Part shown: in pieces, positions 1-11,600 of the stretch
Position numbering within the stretch: position 1 is the stretch's first letter
Layout of the letters: every line of letters begins with the position of its first letter
DNA from: an uncultured virus (IMG/VR IMGVR_UViG_3300028745_000006)
Lineage: Duplodnaviria; Heunggongvirae; Uroviricota; Caudoviricetes
DNA: 64,000 nt
Direction: 5' to 3' (one strand)
IMG/VR virus record: IMGVR_UViG_3300028745_000006
Notes under the pieces: generated by a model
The model's input: the letters and a program-made list of their open reading frames with translations, nothing else
Told to the model about the DNA's origin: nothing
The model's database searches: none
Translations under genes and position numbers: made by a program

Positions 1-10
1 CTCCGACGCG

Positions 11-703
11 ATGGTCGGTGGCGTCACGTTGACCGGGTTCGTCGCCGGCGGGGATCTCTCCGGGTCGGCATTCGTCCAGACGGTCGTGGGCCTGCAAGGG
101 CATGCGGTCGCGAGCACAGCTCCGTTGGGCGGACAGGTCATCGCATGGAGCAACGTCGACTCCGACTGGGAACCCACAACGATCTCGTCCAGTCCAACAG
201 GACCTTGGAACGCGGCCGAGGCTTCGGCCGCGTATGCCGCCGGAGGCATCGCGCAGGGGCTGGCTACGTCGGTCGCGAACCTGTGCGTCGGCCCTACCTT
301 TCACGTATCTTCGAGCAACATTTCATGCTCGGGGGCCGACTTCTACTGGCGCAACGGTGGCTCCGTCGCGCATTTGCTGAAGGCGACGCTCTGGGACATG
401 TCGACCGCCAGCTCGGTCGCGTCCGGCACGCTGTCCGTCACCGCCGACGGTCGCTACCAGATCCCTTGGTCGTCCGTGGCCCTGGTCGGCGGTCGCTACT
501 ACTGGCTGACCGTGGGGCCGAACGACGGCTCATCCATCTTTGGGTGGACCGTTTTTCCGCCCAACGTGAACGTCAGCGCCCAGCTCTTCGGGCTGATGTC
601 TGTCTACCCGTACCTGTCCAACTACACGACCACCAACGCGGCGGTGGTTGCTGGCAACTATTCCCAATTCGCAAGCGTCTGGCCGATTCTCTCGGGCAAC
701 TGA
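11..703 (+). CDS. C-terminal part of a probable virion/tail-fibre-like protein (likely starts before the window)
   Basis: Gly/Ser/Thr-rich beta-type sequence with a GGDLSG motif; ORF begins at the window edge. Confidence 0.4.
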   Translation: MVGGVTLTGFVAGGDLSGSAFVQTVVGLQGHAVASTAPLGGQVIAWSNVDSDWEPTTISSSPTGPWNAAEASAAYAAGGIAQGLATSVANLCVGPTFHVSSSNISCSGADFYWRNGGSVAHLLKATLWDMSTASSVASGTLSVTADGRYQIPWSSVALVGGRYYWLTVGPNDGSSIFGWTVFPPNVNVSAQLFGLMSVYPYLSNYTTTNAAVVAGNYSQFASVWPILSGN

Positions 704-725
704 TTTCTTGACGTGAATAGCGCAG

Positions 726-1088
726 CTACTTTTGCGCGCGGACGCGACGGATGACCTCAGCGGCGCGTTGGCTGGGGGTCAGGGTAAGGAACCCTCGGCC
801 CCTGGCGATCGCGTAGGGGACCGGCGTCTTGAACTGCGACGAGGTCAGATCAATGAAGCTTCCGTCCTTGAGACGGAGAAACCAGTGCTGGTCGCCCTCG
901 TGCTTCACGTTCATCGGGGTCGCGCCCGTCTTGGCGCCGCCCAGGAGGTGGTAGAGCGCTTCGGTGGCCACGTAGCAGTGCCCCAGGAGCGGGTTTGGAT
1001 CGCCGCGATATTTTGGCTTGCGCAGATCGTCGGAGAGTGCTGCGACCACACGCTGACCTAGCCGCTCGACCTCGCTTCGCGTTTTCAT
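726..1088 (-). CDS. Small hypothetical protein with a putative Cys-His-Asp triad (transglutaminase/papain-like)
   Basis: Motifs GHCYVATEALY, HWFL, IDLTSSQF. Confidence 0.55.
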   Translation of the reverse strand: MKTRSEVERLGQRVVAALSDDLRKPKYRGDPNPLLGHCYVATEALYHLLGGAKTGATPMNVKHEGDQHWFLRLKDGSFIDLTSSQFKTPVPYAIARGRGFLTLTPSQRAAEVIRRVRAQK

Positions 1089-1411
1089 GGCGGATCTTTT
1101 AGCACGCCTTCATGGGCCTGAGGTCAAGGCCGCACGAGGAGGGCGCCCACGCCGTACCTACGCGATCACCGAAAGGGGGAGGAAGATGGCGGAGAAGCAT
1201 CGCGCAACCGCGCTCGCGCTGACCGGCTTCATGCCGGCGGCGCATGGGCTTCGACGAGCCCTTGACCTTCGAGTTCACGCAGCTTCGGGTACACGCTTCC
1301 GTGTCCGAGCACGAGTCTTCCGCGGGTTCGCTCCTTGACGCGCCGAATGAGCTCGAGCCCATGACCAGGACCGGCGAGGAGCACCTGGAGGATGGCGGCC
1401 TCGGCGCTCAC
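1085..1411 (-). pseudogene. PadR-family regulator disrupted by an internal inversion (1111-1246)
   Basis: N-half (ILQVL..GPGHGLEL..GSVYPKLRELEGQGLV) on the minus strand; C-half (GGRPRRTYAITERG) on the plus strand; flipping 1111-1246 gives a 108-aa ORF. Confidence 0.8.
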
Positions 1412-1513
1412 GGGTGCTCGTCCAACGCGCGCAGGCGCGTGGGGCGTGGGGCACTTTTCTTCGAACATCTTCGTTTCTACACTCTTGGTCTTGTCCGTGA
1501 TACGCTCGACGAC

Positions 1514-1939
1514 GTGTCCACACGTACGCAGCTTGACCGGATCGAAGAAAGCCTTCGCATTCTTGCCGATCTGGCGAGCGCCATCCTCTTGACCCTTCAG
1601 GGAGCCCCCATGGCCGATCTCTCGAGTCTCACCGCTGCTGTCGCCGCCGCCCAGGCTGGCGACGCTTCCGCCGTCACCCTCATCCAGGGCCTGGCCGCCC
1701 AGATCGCCGCCTCCGCCACGGACCCCGCGGCCGTCACGGCGCTGGCCAACCAGCTCAACAACAGCACCGCGACGCTCATCGCCGCGCTCAACGTGCCCGG
1801 AACCAACCCGGCGCCCCCCGCCCTCGTGATCCCCGCGCCGGTCGCGGTGACTCCCGTCGCGTCCGCCACGACCCCTGCGCCTTCCTCGACCCCTGCACCG
1901 GCTGCCCCCGCCGCGCCGGCTGCTCCCGCCGCTTCCTGA
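1514..1939 (+). CDS. Ala-rich hypothetical protein with Pro/Ala tail (alternative start ATG 1610)
   Basis: GC3-rich codon usage, GGAG before ATG 1610, followed by a hairpin. Confidence 0.7.
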   Translation: MSTRTQLDRIEESLRILADLASAILLTLQGAPMADLSSLTAAVAAAQAGDASAVTLIQGLAAQIAASATDPAAVTALANQLNNSTATLIAALNVPGTNPAPPALVIPAPVAVTPVASATTPAPSSTPAPAAPAAPAAPAAS

Positions 1940-1954
1940 TCTCCCCGCCTGTAC

Positions 1955-1988
1955 GGGCCTGCCTCTGTCTTTGGACAGTGGCAGGCCC
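1955..1988. terminator. Hairpin between convergent genes
   Basis: GGGCCTGCC-T-CTGTC-TTTG-GACAG-T-GGCAGGCCC inverted repeat. Confidence 0.6.
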
Positions 1989-1997
1989 CGCTTCCCC

Positions 1998-2312
1998 TTA
2001 CTTGTTCATGTCGCGCCAGCAACGAGCGATGACGCTCAAGACGCCTGCCTTTGTGCGCCTGAAGTCCTTCGCCTCGCAGGAGAACGAAATCTCGGGCAAG
2101 GAGCTGGCGGTGCCGTAGACAGCGTTGAACGCGGCAGAAATGCGCTCTGTGTACGCGTAGGCTTCCTTCGATCCGGTGGCGCCGCCCTTGAGGCATCCGT
2201 GCTGGATCCAGTAGAACAAATCGATCGGGACTTGAACCGAGCATGAATAGCCAACGATCTCGACGTTGAGCGCGGGCGTGAGCGGAGGCTTTGCGGTCGA
2301 ACGGAGGCTCAT
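1998..2312 (-). CDS. Hypothetical protein
   Basis: ATG 2312 directly follows the stop of the upstream ORF. Confidence 0.5.
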   Translation of the reverse strand: MSLRSTAKPPLTPALNVEIVGYSCSVQVPIDLFYWIQHGCLKGGATGSKEAYAYTERISAAFNAVYGTASSLPEISFSCEAKDFRRTKAGVLSVIARCWRDMNK

Positions 2313-2314
2313 GC

Positions 2315-2857
2315 TCAGGCTGCCTTGCTCGAGAGAGCGGCGAGAACGGCGTGCCGGTGGCCGCCGCGCGTGCCCACGTGCTGCCCGATCGGCGCGGTCG
2401 CGATGGCGCGCTCGATGGCGGTTCCGGCGGCGAGCACGGCCTCGGTCGAGAGGCAGAGCTCGCCCCGCGACCCGTCGCGGGTGAGATCCAGGTTGCGGCG
2501 GAGCACCACCACGGATCCTGCCGTGCGGATGTTGTAGGCGCGCCGGAAGCTCTCGGGACATCCGGTGGCGTGGTAGGTGAGCGCCGAGGCGATCCGCCGG
2601 ATCTGGAGGACAGCATCCTCCTCGGTCATCTCGCGCACGATGCGCTGGGCCTCCACCTTGTTCTTGGGGCTCCGGTGCGAGAGGCCGCAGTTGCCCATGT
2701 CGTGGATCAAGACCTGCTGGGTCTCCGGGCAGGTCACCGACCAGAAGCACTCGTCTCCGCCGGACGCGCCGCGCCTGTCGTGGGTCGCGTCGATCCATGC
2801 GAACATGGCGGCGTAGACGTCGGTGCGGGCGAGGTTGGCAGCGAATGTTTTTTCCAT
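2315..2857 (-). CDS. Hypothetical protein
   Basis: 180-aa ORF immediately downstream of a TTGACA-N17-TAGGCT promoter. Confidence 0.7.
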   Translation of the reverse strand: MEKTFAANLARTDVYAAMFAWIDATHDRRGASGGDECFWSVTCPETQQVLIHDMGNCGLSHRSPKNKVEAQRIVREMTEEDAVLQIRRIASALTYHATGCPESFRRAYNIRTAGSVVVLRRNLDLTRDGSRGELCLSTEAVLAAGTAIERAIATAPIGQHVGTRGGHRHAVLAALSSKAA

Positions 2858-2863
2858 TCGCTC

Positions 2864-2906
2864 AGCCTAGGGCCTGGATTCAGGAGTGTCAAGATACTTT
2901 TCTTGC
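2864..2906 (-). promoter_or_regulatory. Sigma70-type promoter overlapped by TCAAGA-N6-TCTTGC palindrome
   Basis: Minus strand TTGACA-N17-TAGGCT, 6 nt before ATG 2857; palindrome at 2889-2906. Confidence 0.7.
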
Positions 2907-3191
2907 TAACTCTTCAGAGCGTTGATCTTGTTGAGGATCGCTTGGGAGGACGCGTCGCGAATGGTCCAGAGTCAGTGAGATCTCGGTCACGCTCCACGCT
3001 CCGCGACCGGACGGAGTTGCGTCTGTAGATGCAAAGCTCGGGCCGCGCAACGATCTGAGCCCTTCGTCTTTTGCGGGCCACTCATGCTTGCGCTGTTCGC
3101 AGCGCAGCCCATACGCACGCTCACGAAGGGGTCGATCGCGAGCGCGACGATCGCGATCTCGATGAGCTTTTTGGTGCGGCCCATTGCTTGG

Positions 3192-3770
3192 CTACTTCCG
3201 CGGGAGAGCTGCGCGGCGAACGTTCTCCTTCGCCATGAGCTGGAAGGCTCTGTTGGTGACCTCCTTCGCGGGATCGTAGTCGCCGTGGAACCAAGCGAGA
3301 ACATCGGGCTCGTCGTGGCCTCGCCTGAGCTCTCTCGCTGCCTCGCGCCAGTCCTCCAGGCGCGGGCAGTCGAGCGGCTTGTTCGCCATCGAGAGATCGC
3401 TCAGCTCGCGGTCAGAAATCTTCTTTTTCGTTACGTGGCCCCAGTGGGCTTCTTTCTGGAGCTTCTTCACGCGTTCGAGATCGGCGTGGCGGAACTTGGC
3501 GATGGCCTGGCCCATGCGCTGACAGTGCTTCGGGAGCCAGCTAAAGCTCGACTTGGAGCCGCCGTGGTGCCACGTGTCGGCGTAGATCGCGTACGGTTGA
3601 ATGCCCGCACGCGTGAGAACGTCCCCAAGGGCTCTTTCGGCTTCCGCCTTGGTCTTGGCGTGAACGATCACCGTGCCCTCGTAGGCGTCGACGTTCTTGT
3701 CGAACCTGGCCTCGGCGCCGATCATGGGCTCGGAGAGCGAAAGCGGCTTCATGGTCGACGACCCTACCAC
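3192..3770 (-). CDS. Hypothetical protein
   Basis: 192-aa ORF with coding-like composition, co-oriented with neighbours. Confidence 0.6.
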   Translation of the reverse strand: MVGSSTMKPLSLSEPMIGAEARFDKNVDAYEGTVIVHAKTKAEAERALGDVLTRAGIQPYAIYADTWHHGGSKSSFSWLPKHCQRMGQAIAKFRHADLERVKKLQKEAHWGHVTKKKISDRELSDLSMANKPLDCPRLEDWREAARELRRGHDEPDVLAWFHGDYDPAKEVTNRAFQLMAKENVRRAALPRK

Positions 3771-3851
3771 GAATGGTGGTGGGCGTGCCTCGTCATGAAC
3801 TGCCTTCCGCTAAGCTTGGTTGCGGTGAGCCGCGACGTGGGCGTCCAGCGT

Positions 3852-4052
3852 TCACGGCGAGCCGGCATCGAGTCGGCATTGAGCGCGGCACATCGGCGCC
3901 TTGCATCGGTGCCCATGGCACACGCGCGCAAGCTGCTCGGGGCTCACGATTGGCGCCGCCGTCGGATAGGGGCTGGTTGGCGTTGGCTCGGGGGCCGGTG
4001 TTGGCGACGTGCACGCGGAAATCAGGAGCGCGAAAAGAGCGGTATGTTTCAT
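3852..4052 (-). CDS. Small putative lipoprotein
   Basis: MKHTALFALLISAC lipobox-like signal; start overlaps the upstream stop. Confidence 0.5.
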   Translation of the reverse strand: MKHTALFALLISACTSPTPAPEPTPTSPYPTAAPIVSPEQLARVCHGHRCKAPMCRAQCRLDAGSP

Positions 4053-5581
4053 TGGTGCACCACGATCCCTGCGCCGTTAGCGATATTGTATTGCGGCAGA
4101 GAGCCTGCGGCGCCCCCTCCGTCGAAGATGGATCCTCCGATGCTATACGGACTGTACGCCTGCGTCCCGGTCAGGACGAGCGGGTTGGTCGATGGATACG
4201 TGAGCAGGGATCCGCTGTAGGCCTGCACGGCGTACTGCGTCGATCCGTAGCCGTGGCACCACCCGTAAGATCCCGTGTCGACGATGATCGCGGCGGAGCT
4301 GCCATCCAGCATGATGCACGGGTGAGTGCCGCTCAGAATCGACACGGGGCCGGAGATCTCGAATGTCCCGCGGCCGTCACGGCTGCCCACGTGGATGTAC
4401 CCACCGCCGAGGGTCATGCCCACGATGTTGTTGAATGTTAGCTCGACGAGTCCGTGATCTTGCGCAAAGACGTTGTCGAATAGGCCGCCCCAGCTATCGA
4501 GACGCCCATACCCACCGTATCCGATCCACGCCGAGCCGTACGACTCGACGGCCGATGCACCGTCTTGTGTCTGTGACCCGGCGATGATCGAGGACTGGAA
4601 GACGGTCTCAAAATCGTAGGCTGCGTTTCCGGCGATCTCGACGCTGTTGGGGTAGTTCCCGATCTCCACGTTGTTGAACGTCGTGTAACCATCGAGCACG
4701 ACGAGCGACGTCGCTGCGGTCGTCGACAACTGGGTCAGCGTGCACACCGACACGTTGTCACCCGTGGTCGGCTCGCCCTGGACGTAGCTGCCGGGGATCG
4801 ACCCCCCGGGCGTGAGGAAGGTGCCCGCGTCGATCTGCGGACCGACGAGGATTCCGAGCCCCGCATTCGGGCCGGTGTTGTCCTGCAAGATGTACCCGTT
4901 GGCCGTCGACAGCGCCCCGGCGTCGAGCCCCGATACGTAGGCCGTCCCCTCCTGGTGCGCGCTGCCGTTCCACGGCGTGTAGTGCGTCAGCGTGTACGAC
5001 CCGGCGCACGTGCGGGTCCCGTTGATCGAGATGCCACCGAAAACGTAATTCGAGCCGGGGACGCCGCGCGTGCGGATCAGGTAGCTGTTGTTCGCGAACG
5101 AGCCGGAAAGGTTGATGTTGACCTGCGTGTAGAGGTACTGATCTCCGATGCGGCGGAGCACCTCGGCGAGGTCTTGGCAGGCGCCTGCGCCCGACGTCAG
5201 GCACGCGTTACCGTCGTTGCCGTTGACCGAGTCGACGTACCATTGAGTGACATAGTTGGCTCCAACCACCCCGACCGGGTTGGCCAACCAGCACCCTGCA
5301 CCTCCGTCTGCTCCAGCAGCACTGAGGCATGTTACTCCACCGATGGTGCAGGTGCAGGATGACTGGTACGTGTAGCAGCCCGTCGTGACGACGCAGGCTT
5401 CTGCATCTTGTGCGAGGTAGGCTGTCGAAGCCGCAGAAAGAGCGGCTGGACTCGCGTACACCGGGAAGCTGACGGCAGAGAACGACGCCTGTCCGCTCAC
5501 GATTCCTGAGCTAACGAGAATCGCCGCGACGATAAAAAAGAAAAGAATAGCGACTCGCGCCTTTGCTTTGTCGTGGCTCAT
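4049..5581 (-). CDS. Secreted or virion-associated beta-helix-like protein
   Basis: N-terminal hydrophobic segment, YVDSVNGNDGNAC motif typical of beta-helix protein starts, Gly/Thr/Ser/Asn-rich. Confidence 0.6.
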   Translation of the reverse strand: MSHDKAKARVAILFFFIVAAILVSSGIVSGQASFSAVSFPVYASPAALSAASTAYLAQDAEACVVTTGCYTYQSSCTCTIGGVTCLSAAGADGGAGCWLANPVGVVGANYVTQWYVDSVNGNDGNACLTSGAGACQDLAEVLRRIGDQYLYTQVNINLSGSFANNSYLIRTRGVPGSNYVFGGISINGTRTCAGSYTLTHYTPWNGSAHQEGTAYVSGLDAGALSTANGYILQDNTGPNAGLGILVGPQIDAGTFLTPGGSIPGSYVQGEPTTGDNVSVCTLTQLSTTAATSLVVLDGYTTFNNVEIGNYPNSVEIAGNAAYDFETVFQSSIIAGSQTQDGASAVESYGSAWIGYGGYGRLDSWGGLFDNVFAQDHGLVELTFNNIVGMTLGGGYIHVGSRDGRGTFEISGPVSILSGTHPCIMLDGSSAAIIVDTGSYGWCHGYGSTQYAVQAYSGSLLTYPSTNPLVLTGTQAYSPYSIGGSIFDGGGAAGSLPQYNIANGAGIVVHQ

Positions 5582-5698
5582 GATTTGACAATCATCTCCG
5601 ATGATTGTAGCGGAGTCAAGCTCGCGCTTTTTATTGCAAACCGCGGTTTTCGTTGGCGCCGGAGGAAAGGCCCATGGTGCGCCATGGGCCATGCGTCT

Positions 5699-8600
5699 CT
5701 ATTCCTCCGTGATGGCGAAGTCTCCGACCGTCTCCACGACGCGCACGGCGTGAATCGCGCCAGCATCACGCCGATCGCCGGCGAAGGCGTAGACGGTCCC
5801 CTCCGGCGCCTTGGCCTCGTTGAGCCGGCCCGCCACAGCCAGCTCGGCAAGCTGTCGCTGCTTGTCTTTCGTCGATCGGGCGTTGGCCATCTCGATGTCC
5901 ACGGCCTCGAGGACGCTCTTTTTCCGGACCAGGTGCCCTTGCATGTCGAGCACGAGGAGCTCGCCGAATCCGCCGCGACCTCCGCGTCCTGCCCAGACGA
6001 CGCCGCCGTCAACTTCGTAGGGCTTGACGCGTTCCAGATCGCGGTGGCCCAGCCGCTTGAAGACGGCGAGCGGGGGCACGTGGTCCTCGGGGCCAGCGAC
6101 GCGGATGCGGCCTTCGGCGAGCCAGGCGGCGACGGTCGGGAGGTCAGCCACGATGTCCCCGTTTTCCTCGACGACGTTTGCCTTGGTCGGGTCTTCTGCG
6201 GGCCACCCGCGGACGATTTTGATCGTGCACCAGACGTGCGGATCGCGTCCGCCGACGTGACCGCCGTAGATACCCGGCCGTGACGATGCGCCTGGATCGA
6301 TCAACGAGACGCCTTCGTGGACGATCGCGAGGCATCGCGCCCATTCGACTTCCTTTGCCTTTGCGTCGCGATCCGCGCTTCTTCTGACCTTTTCGGCTCG
6401 CGCATCGTCCCAGGTGATCCCGTGGGCGTTCCAGGCTTCCCAGTTCTCGTCGGTGCCATCGAGCATGCTGTCGCTGACCGTGACGATCCAGCCGAGCCCT
6501 TCTTTCCGACGCGCGTCGTGCTCCTGCTGACGGACGCGCTCGTTTTCAATTTTTGTCGCGTTCCTCTGGTCTTCAACGCGCGGGTCTTCCATCCAGCTAC
6601 CGTCGATTCCGGAGCTGTAGCGCCTCATCTGCCAGTCGAGATGGTCAGGGTTGATCGCGACACGGCGAAGCGCCTTTCCGTGCCACATGCCGCAGTCCTC
6701 GACGGTCTTCGTCCCCATGCCGTCGTAGCCCGCCTGGGCGGTGGTCCACACGCTTTTCCAGGTGGTGCGTACTCCGTCGTGGTATGCGGCCTCGAGCGCG
6801 CGACTGTCGACCCTCACTCTTGCGTTGCGAAGCGCTTCAAGATGAGCGTGGATCTCGTCGCTCTCTTCCCACTCACGAAGCTCTTTCCCTGCCTCGCCTG
6901 CTGCTCGGGCCATGGCGTAAAGCTCGACAGGCGTAACTGCATTCGCAGGAGGAGACGGGAGGCGCGCCTCGACTGCACCTGCGTATTCGATCTTCTCGAT
7001 CTCCTTCTCTGCTTCGAGGAGCACACTCTCAGGCGCGCCTTGCGCGACGGCATCGAGTGCCGTCTTGGCGATTCCTTCTTTCGCGTCGCTGGCCAGCTTG
7101 TACACGATGTTGGGCGCGGAGCGGTCGACGACGATGGCGCCTGCGCGGATCAGCCTCTCCTCGGATGCGCTGTTCTTCGAACGGTCGCGTGACCCGACCT
7201 TGATCAGCGCCTCGGCGAGCTTGAACGGCTCCATGGGACCGTGCCTGCGCAGGAGGTCGAGGACCTTCGCGTCAATCTTCGACTCGAGCGGGTCCACGCT
7301 CGGGGTCGTGGCGGGAGCGCCGGCAGATGCGGTAGATCCAGCGACGCTATCGAGCGCGATTCTGGCGGCTTGCTCGGCGCTTTTGCCTTCCCGGATGGCT
7401 GCGCCGGCAGCCTTCGTAACCTCGGGGAAGTCGTTCACGTCGCCGCGGAAGTAGGCCCGGCCCATCTCGGCGACAGCGGGAGAGTTGAGCACGTCCACGT
7501 AGTGCGCGGCGGCGTTTTTGGTGGCGAATTTTCCCGACGAAAGCCCCGTAGGCTCGTGGGTCACCGAGAACTTCTCGGCGGCTTCGACGTCGCTGGGCTC
7601 GCCGGGCGTCTCGTGGACTGCGTAGTCGCCTGCGCGGTAGAGCGACCTGACCATGCTCACCTTGCCATCAAACCGGATGCGGATTTCGCCTTCTTCGATG
7701 GACGCGTCCTTCGGCAGAGTCGACCTCTTGATGAAGGCGACGCGCGCGCGACCCTCGGCAAGATCGCGTTCGGCCTGTGGCATGGCCATCGCCGCCGCGT
7801 ACGGCTTGAGCTCCTCCACGCTGGCGACAGCCTCGAGAGCCATCGCCTCGGGATCGCGCGGCGTCGCGAGATCCATCTCGAGACTTGCGATCTCTTCTTT
7901 CGCGCTGGCGAGCCTGCCGGCATAGTAGGCGGCGCTTTCTTCGCGGGCCTTGGCTGCGCCGGTGGACTCCTTGGTCTCCAGGGCGTCATGAAGAGCGAGC
8001 CGCAGGCTTGTCTTGAGGCTGTCCTGATCGGCGTCGCGCTGGAGCCGCTGGAGCGATTGCTGTCCGTCGGCGATGCTCTTCGCAGTGACAGCGCGAATCG
8101 TCTCCAGGTTGGAGACGATCTTCTTGGTCACTGCGCGGAAAAGACGCGGCGCCTCGATCAGAACGAAATCGTCGAAGGCGCTTGTGCCGCGACGGATGCG
8201 CTGGCTTTTGATCCTTTGCGCAAGCTGGCTACGCCAGCCCTCGATCATGGATAGCTCGCGTAGATCGTAGGGGTTTTCGTGGTCGCGGTAGTGCCTGCCG
8301 GCGTACGGCTCTTTCCATGTCGTGGCGATTCCGTCCATTGCCCTCGCGATCTGCTCGACGGTGACCTCGCTGGCCTTCATGTGCGCCAGCGGGTCGTGCC
8401 ACATGTCCGCGTAGGCGTTCCCGAGCGGCGTGTTGAAGGGCTTCCGGTAGGGGTCGAGCCGCGGGTCGCTCTCGGGCCACCCCGTGCTCAGCGCGACGGC
8501 GGCCAAGCCCTGGGCGGTGTCCGTGAAGTCATGCGGGTCGCCGCGCTTCTCGCTCGCCTTCTTTGCGGCGCTGCGCATGAGCGCGGTCGCTCGGTCGTCC

Positions 8601-11600
8601 GGCGTTCCTGCGGCCTGCTCGCCGGTGAGCCCCTCGCGCAGCTCGAGCAGCTCGTCGCGGCGAGTCGTTTTCGCGAGACGCCCCGCGTAGGCGCCGTCGG
8701 GCTTGGTGAGCAGCGCGTCGAGACGAGCGACGACCGACGTGACGTCGCCTTCGCGGGGGCTTTGCCCCGTCAGGATGCTCTCGGCGACATGCAGCGCGGC
8801 CGGCGCACTCGTGGTCCCCTCGCAGAGGGCGTAGATTCGCTCTGCGAACGGACGAAGCGGGAGGTTCGCGCCGCCGTCCTTCAACCGGGCCACCAGGGTC
8901 TCGAAGGGCTGGCTAGCGGCTTCGTCGAGGCGCGCCGCTTCGCTCTCTCGCTTCCGTCGTTCGACGGCCCACGCCACCGACCGGAGCGTCGCCTGAGACG
9001 ACGCCAGAATCTTCTGGACGTCCGTCTTGGTGGTCATGTCCGGGAACTTGCCCAGCACGCTCGAGAGCGCTACCTCCATCGTGAACATTGCGTGGCGCAC
9101 GTCGTCGTCGCCGGAGTGGCGCATCTCGTTTGCGTGCTTCCGAACGTCGCTGCGGATCTCGTCGAAGTCATCGCTCGGACCCGCGCTCGCGCCGAGACTC
9201 TTCGCGAGCAGCTTCGTCGCCTCGTCCGCAGGGTGCGTCGTCACGACGGCCTCAACGGCGCGCCTCGCGGCATCCCGTGCGATCCCCACCTCCCCTGACT
9301 GCGCACGCACGTGGGATCCGTACGCCTGGAGCGCTTTCGTCACGACGTCTCGCTTGTGCCCCTCGGCCACGACGAAGGCCCCTTCGCTTTTCGACCAGCC
9401 CACGCCACCATTGTCGAGCGCCTTCAGGAAGCTCTGGGCTGCCTGGTCTTTTTTGTCGGCCTTGCTGGGCGGCCCGAACGGGGTCTTGACGACGACTTTT
9501 TTCCCGCGAAAATCCTCCTTCTCGGTCACCGAGTAGCCTTCGGGGACCTCGATGTTTTCCCACATCGCAGAGGGAGCCACCCGGCGCACCTCGACGTCGC
9601 CGTCCATCGTCACGACCTCGCGCGGGCGCACCGCCGCGCCGAACGAGATCGGTACCCACAGCCACGTCTCCGGCGCGCCGCCGGTGCGGTTGTCGCTCTG
9701 CTCGAACCAGCTCTCGCTGCCACGCTTGAAGATGGCGCTGATCGGGATCAGGCTCTCCCTGACGTCGTCGGGGTCGCGGTCGTCCGTGTAGATCCACGTG
9801 GTGACGGCTCCCGGGTACAGCTCCTTGACGCTCTTCACGCGCCGCAGACCCAGCGCCTTGCCGCGCGCTTCGACGACTTTCTGGCGCGCAGCGTCGACGG
9901 CCGCATCCTTGGAGACCAGACCCACAGGGGGCTCCGCCCCCTGCACCCCTGCCAGGGCCAGGGGCCCTGGACCCTGCGGCTCACGATGTTCGCGGGGGAG
10001 TGGCTTTGACGTCGGCGCCTCGGTCGTGACTTTGTCCTCTGCGACGATGGCGATGAGCTTGGGAGCAGGAGCCTCCACGCCGAGCGTGAGCGCGTCGGCG
10101 CGCACGCCTTCCGCCTTGGCGGCGGCCTCGAGCGCGCCGGCGTCGTTGCCGCCGGCCTCCGCCTGGAGCTCCTCGACCTTGAGCTTTACGAGCTCTTGCG
10201 CCACGCCCTCTGCGGCGGCGCCTTGGGTCAACGCGCCTGCGCGATCTTCGTTGGGCAGAGGCATCGCAGCGGGGTCGACCTTTCCTTGCGCGACGGCGAC
10301 GGCGCGGCACCGGGCAAGGAGGCGCTCTTGTTCCTCGTGCCCGCGCGCGATGGCTTGTTCTCCATCGCGGGTGAGGAGGATGCCGTCGCCGTGCTCAACT
10401 CGCACGGGGTCGATTCGTTCGGCGTAGCCCATCGCTCTGAGCCGGCCCCAGACGATCTGATCGAACTTGAGGGCCAGATCGGTCGCCACGACGCGAGAGC
10501 CCGTCGAAGGCATGCTGAAGTAGCCCTCTCCACCCTTCTGGGCCAGGAGCTGAAGCGCTTCGGCGACCTTCCCGCTGACCTGGGCCCCGACCGAGAAAGC
10601 CTTCTCGTTTCCCTTCTCGGTGAGAAACACGATGTCGGGCCCGCCGGCGACGCCGAACCGCGGCCGGATCGTGTAGAGGCTCTCGTCGGTAGCCAGCGCG
10701 CCGTCCGCCGGCGCCTCTTCGCGAGCGAAGCCCTGAAGGGTCATGGCAGGGGCGGCAGCCGTCATCGGTCGGACGGTGAACCCGGATTCGTCGTAGTAGG
10801 CGCCGTTGTAGAGCTTCCACTTGCGGACGGAGGCCATGTGTCGCTCTTCGGCGTAATTGGTGGCGCCCTGCTTGGCGTCTTTCAGCGTGCCGACGTTGCG
10901 AGCGATGACGCTCTTGTCGTAGAGCACCTCGTAGGGCCCCTTGGACACGAACGGTTGCTTCGTTTCCTCGTCGTACGACTGGGGTCCAACAGCGCGGCCG
11001 AGCATATCGTTGGCCTCACGGATGGCGACCTCGAGCTCGTTGGCGCTGGGGGGCGAGTCTCCGCCGACGTAGCGCTTCGACGACGGCGTGATGCGCGCGA
11101 TCTTCTCGAACTTCACGCGATCGTACGCCGTCCCGCCAACGGGGCATCTCGTCTCCCACGTGTCGAGAACCGCGTCGAGCTTCGCCGCAAGCGGCGCCTC
11201 CGCAGCGAGGTACTCGCGATCCTCATCCTCGTCGATCCCGGGCGCCTGCGCTTCTCCGGCGCGAACATCGTGAGCTGCGGGGTCCAGGGCCGAGGCCCTG
11301 GCGGGGGTGCCGGGGGCGGAGCCCCTGGCGCGGTTCTTCGGCCGTTCGATCTTCATCCCTCCGCCGATGTTGACCTCGAGCAGATCGACCAGCGCGAGAG
11401 GCTTGCCGTCGGGCGTTTGCGAGCGGACGACGCGGAAGGTGAACGCTCGCGCGAAGTCGATCCCGGAGCTGTCGGCGTCGACCTCGACCTTGAGCTCGTC
11501 GACAGGGGCGTCGCCGCGGGCGAGTTGAGCGGCGAGCTGGGTGTTCTCGACGAGCTTCTCGAGGCGGGCGCGGGGGGTTCCCAGCTTGGGGGTGATCGGG

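Noticed and set aside
1087..1338. Independent plus-strand 83-aa gene
   Set aside because: Better explained as the inverted C-half of the PadR gene.
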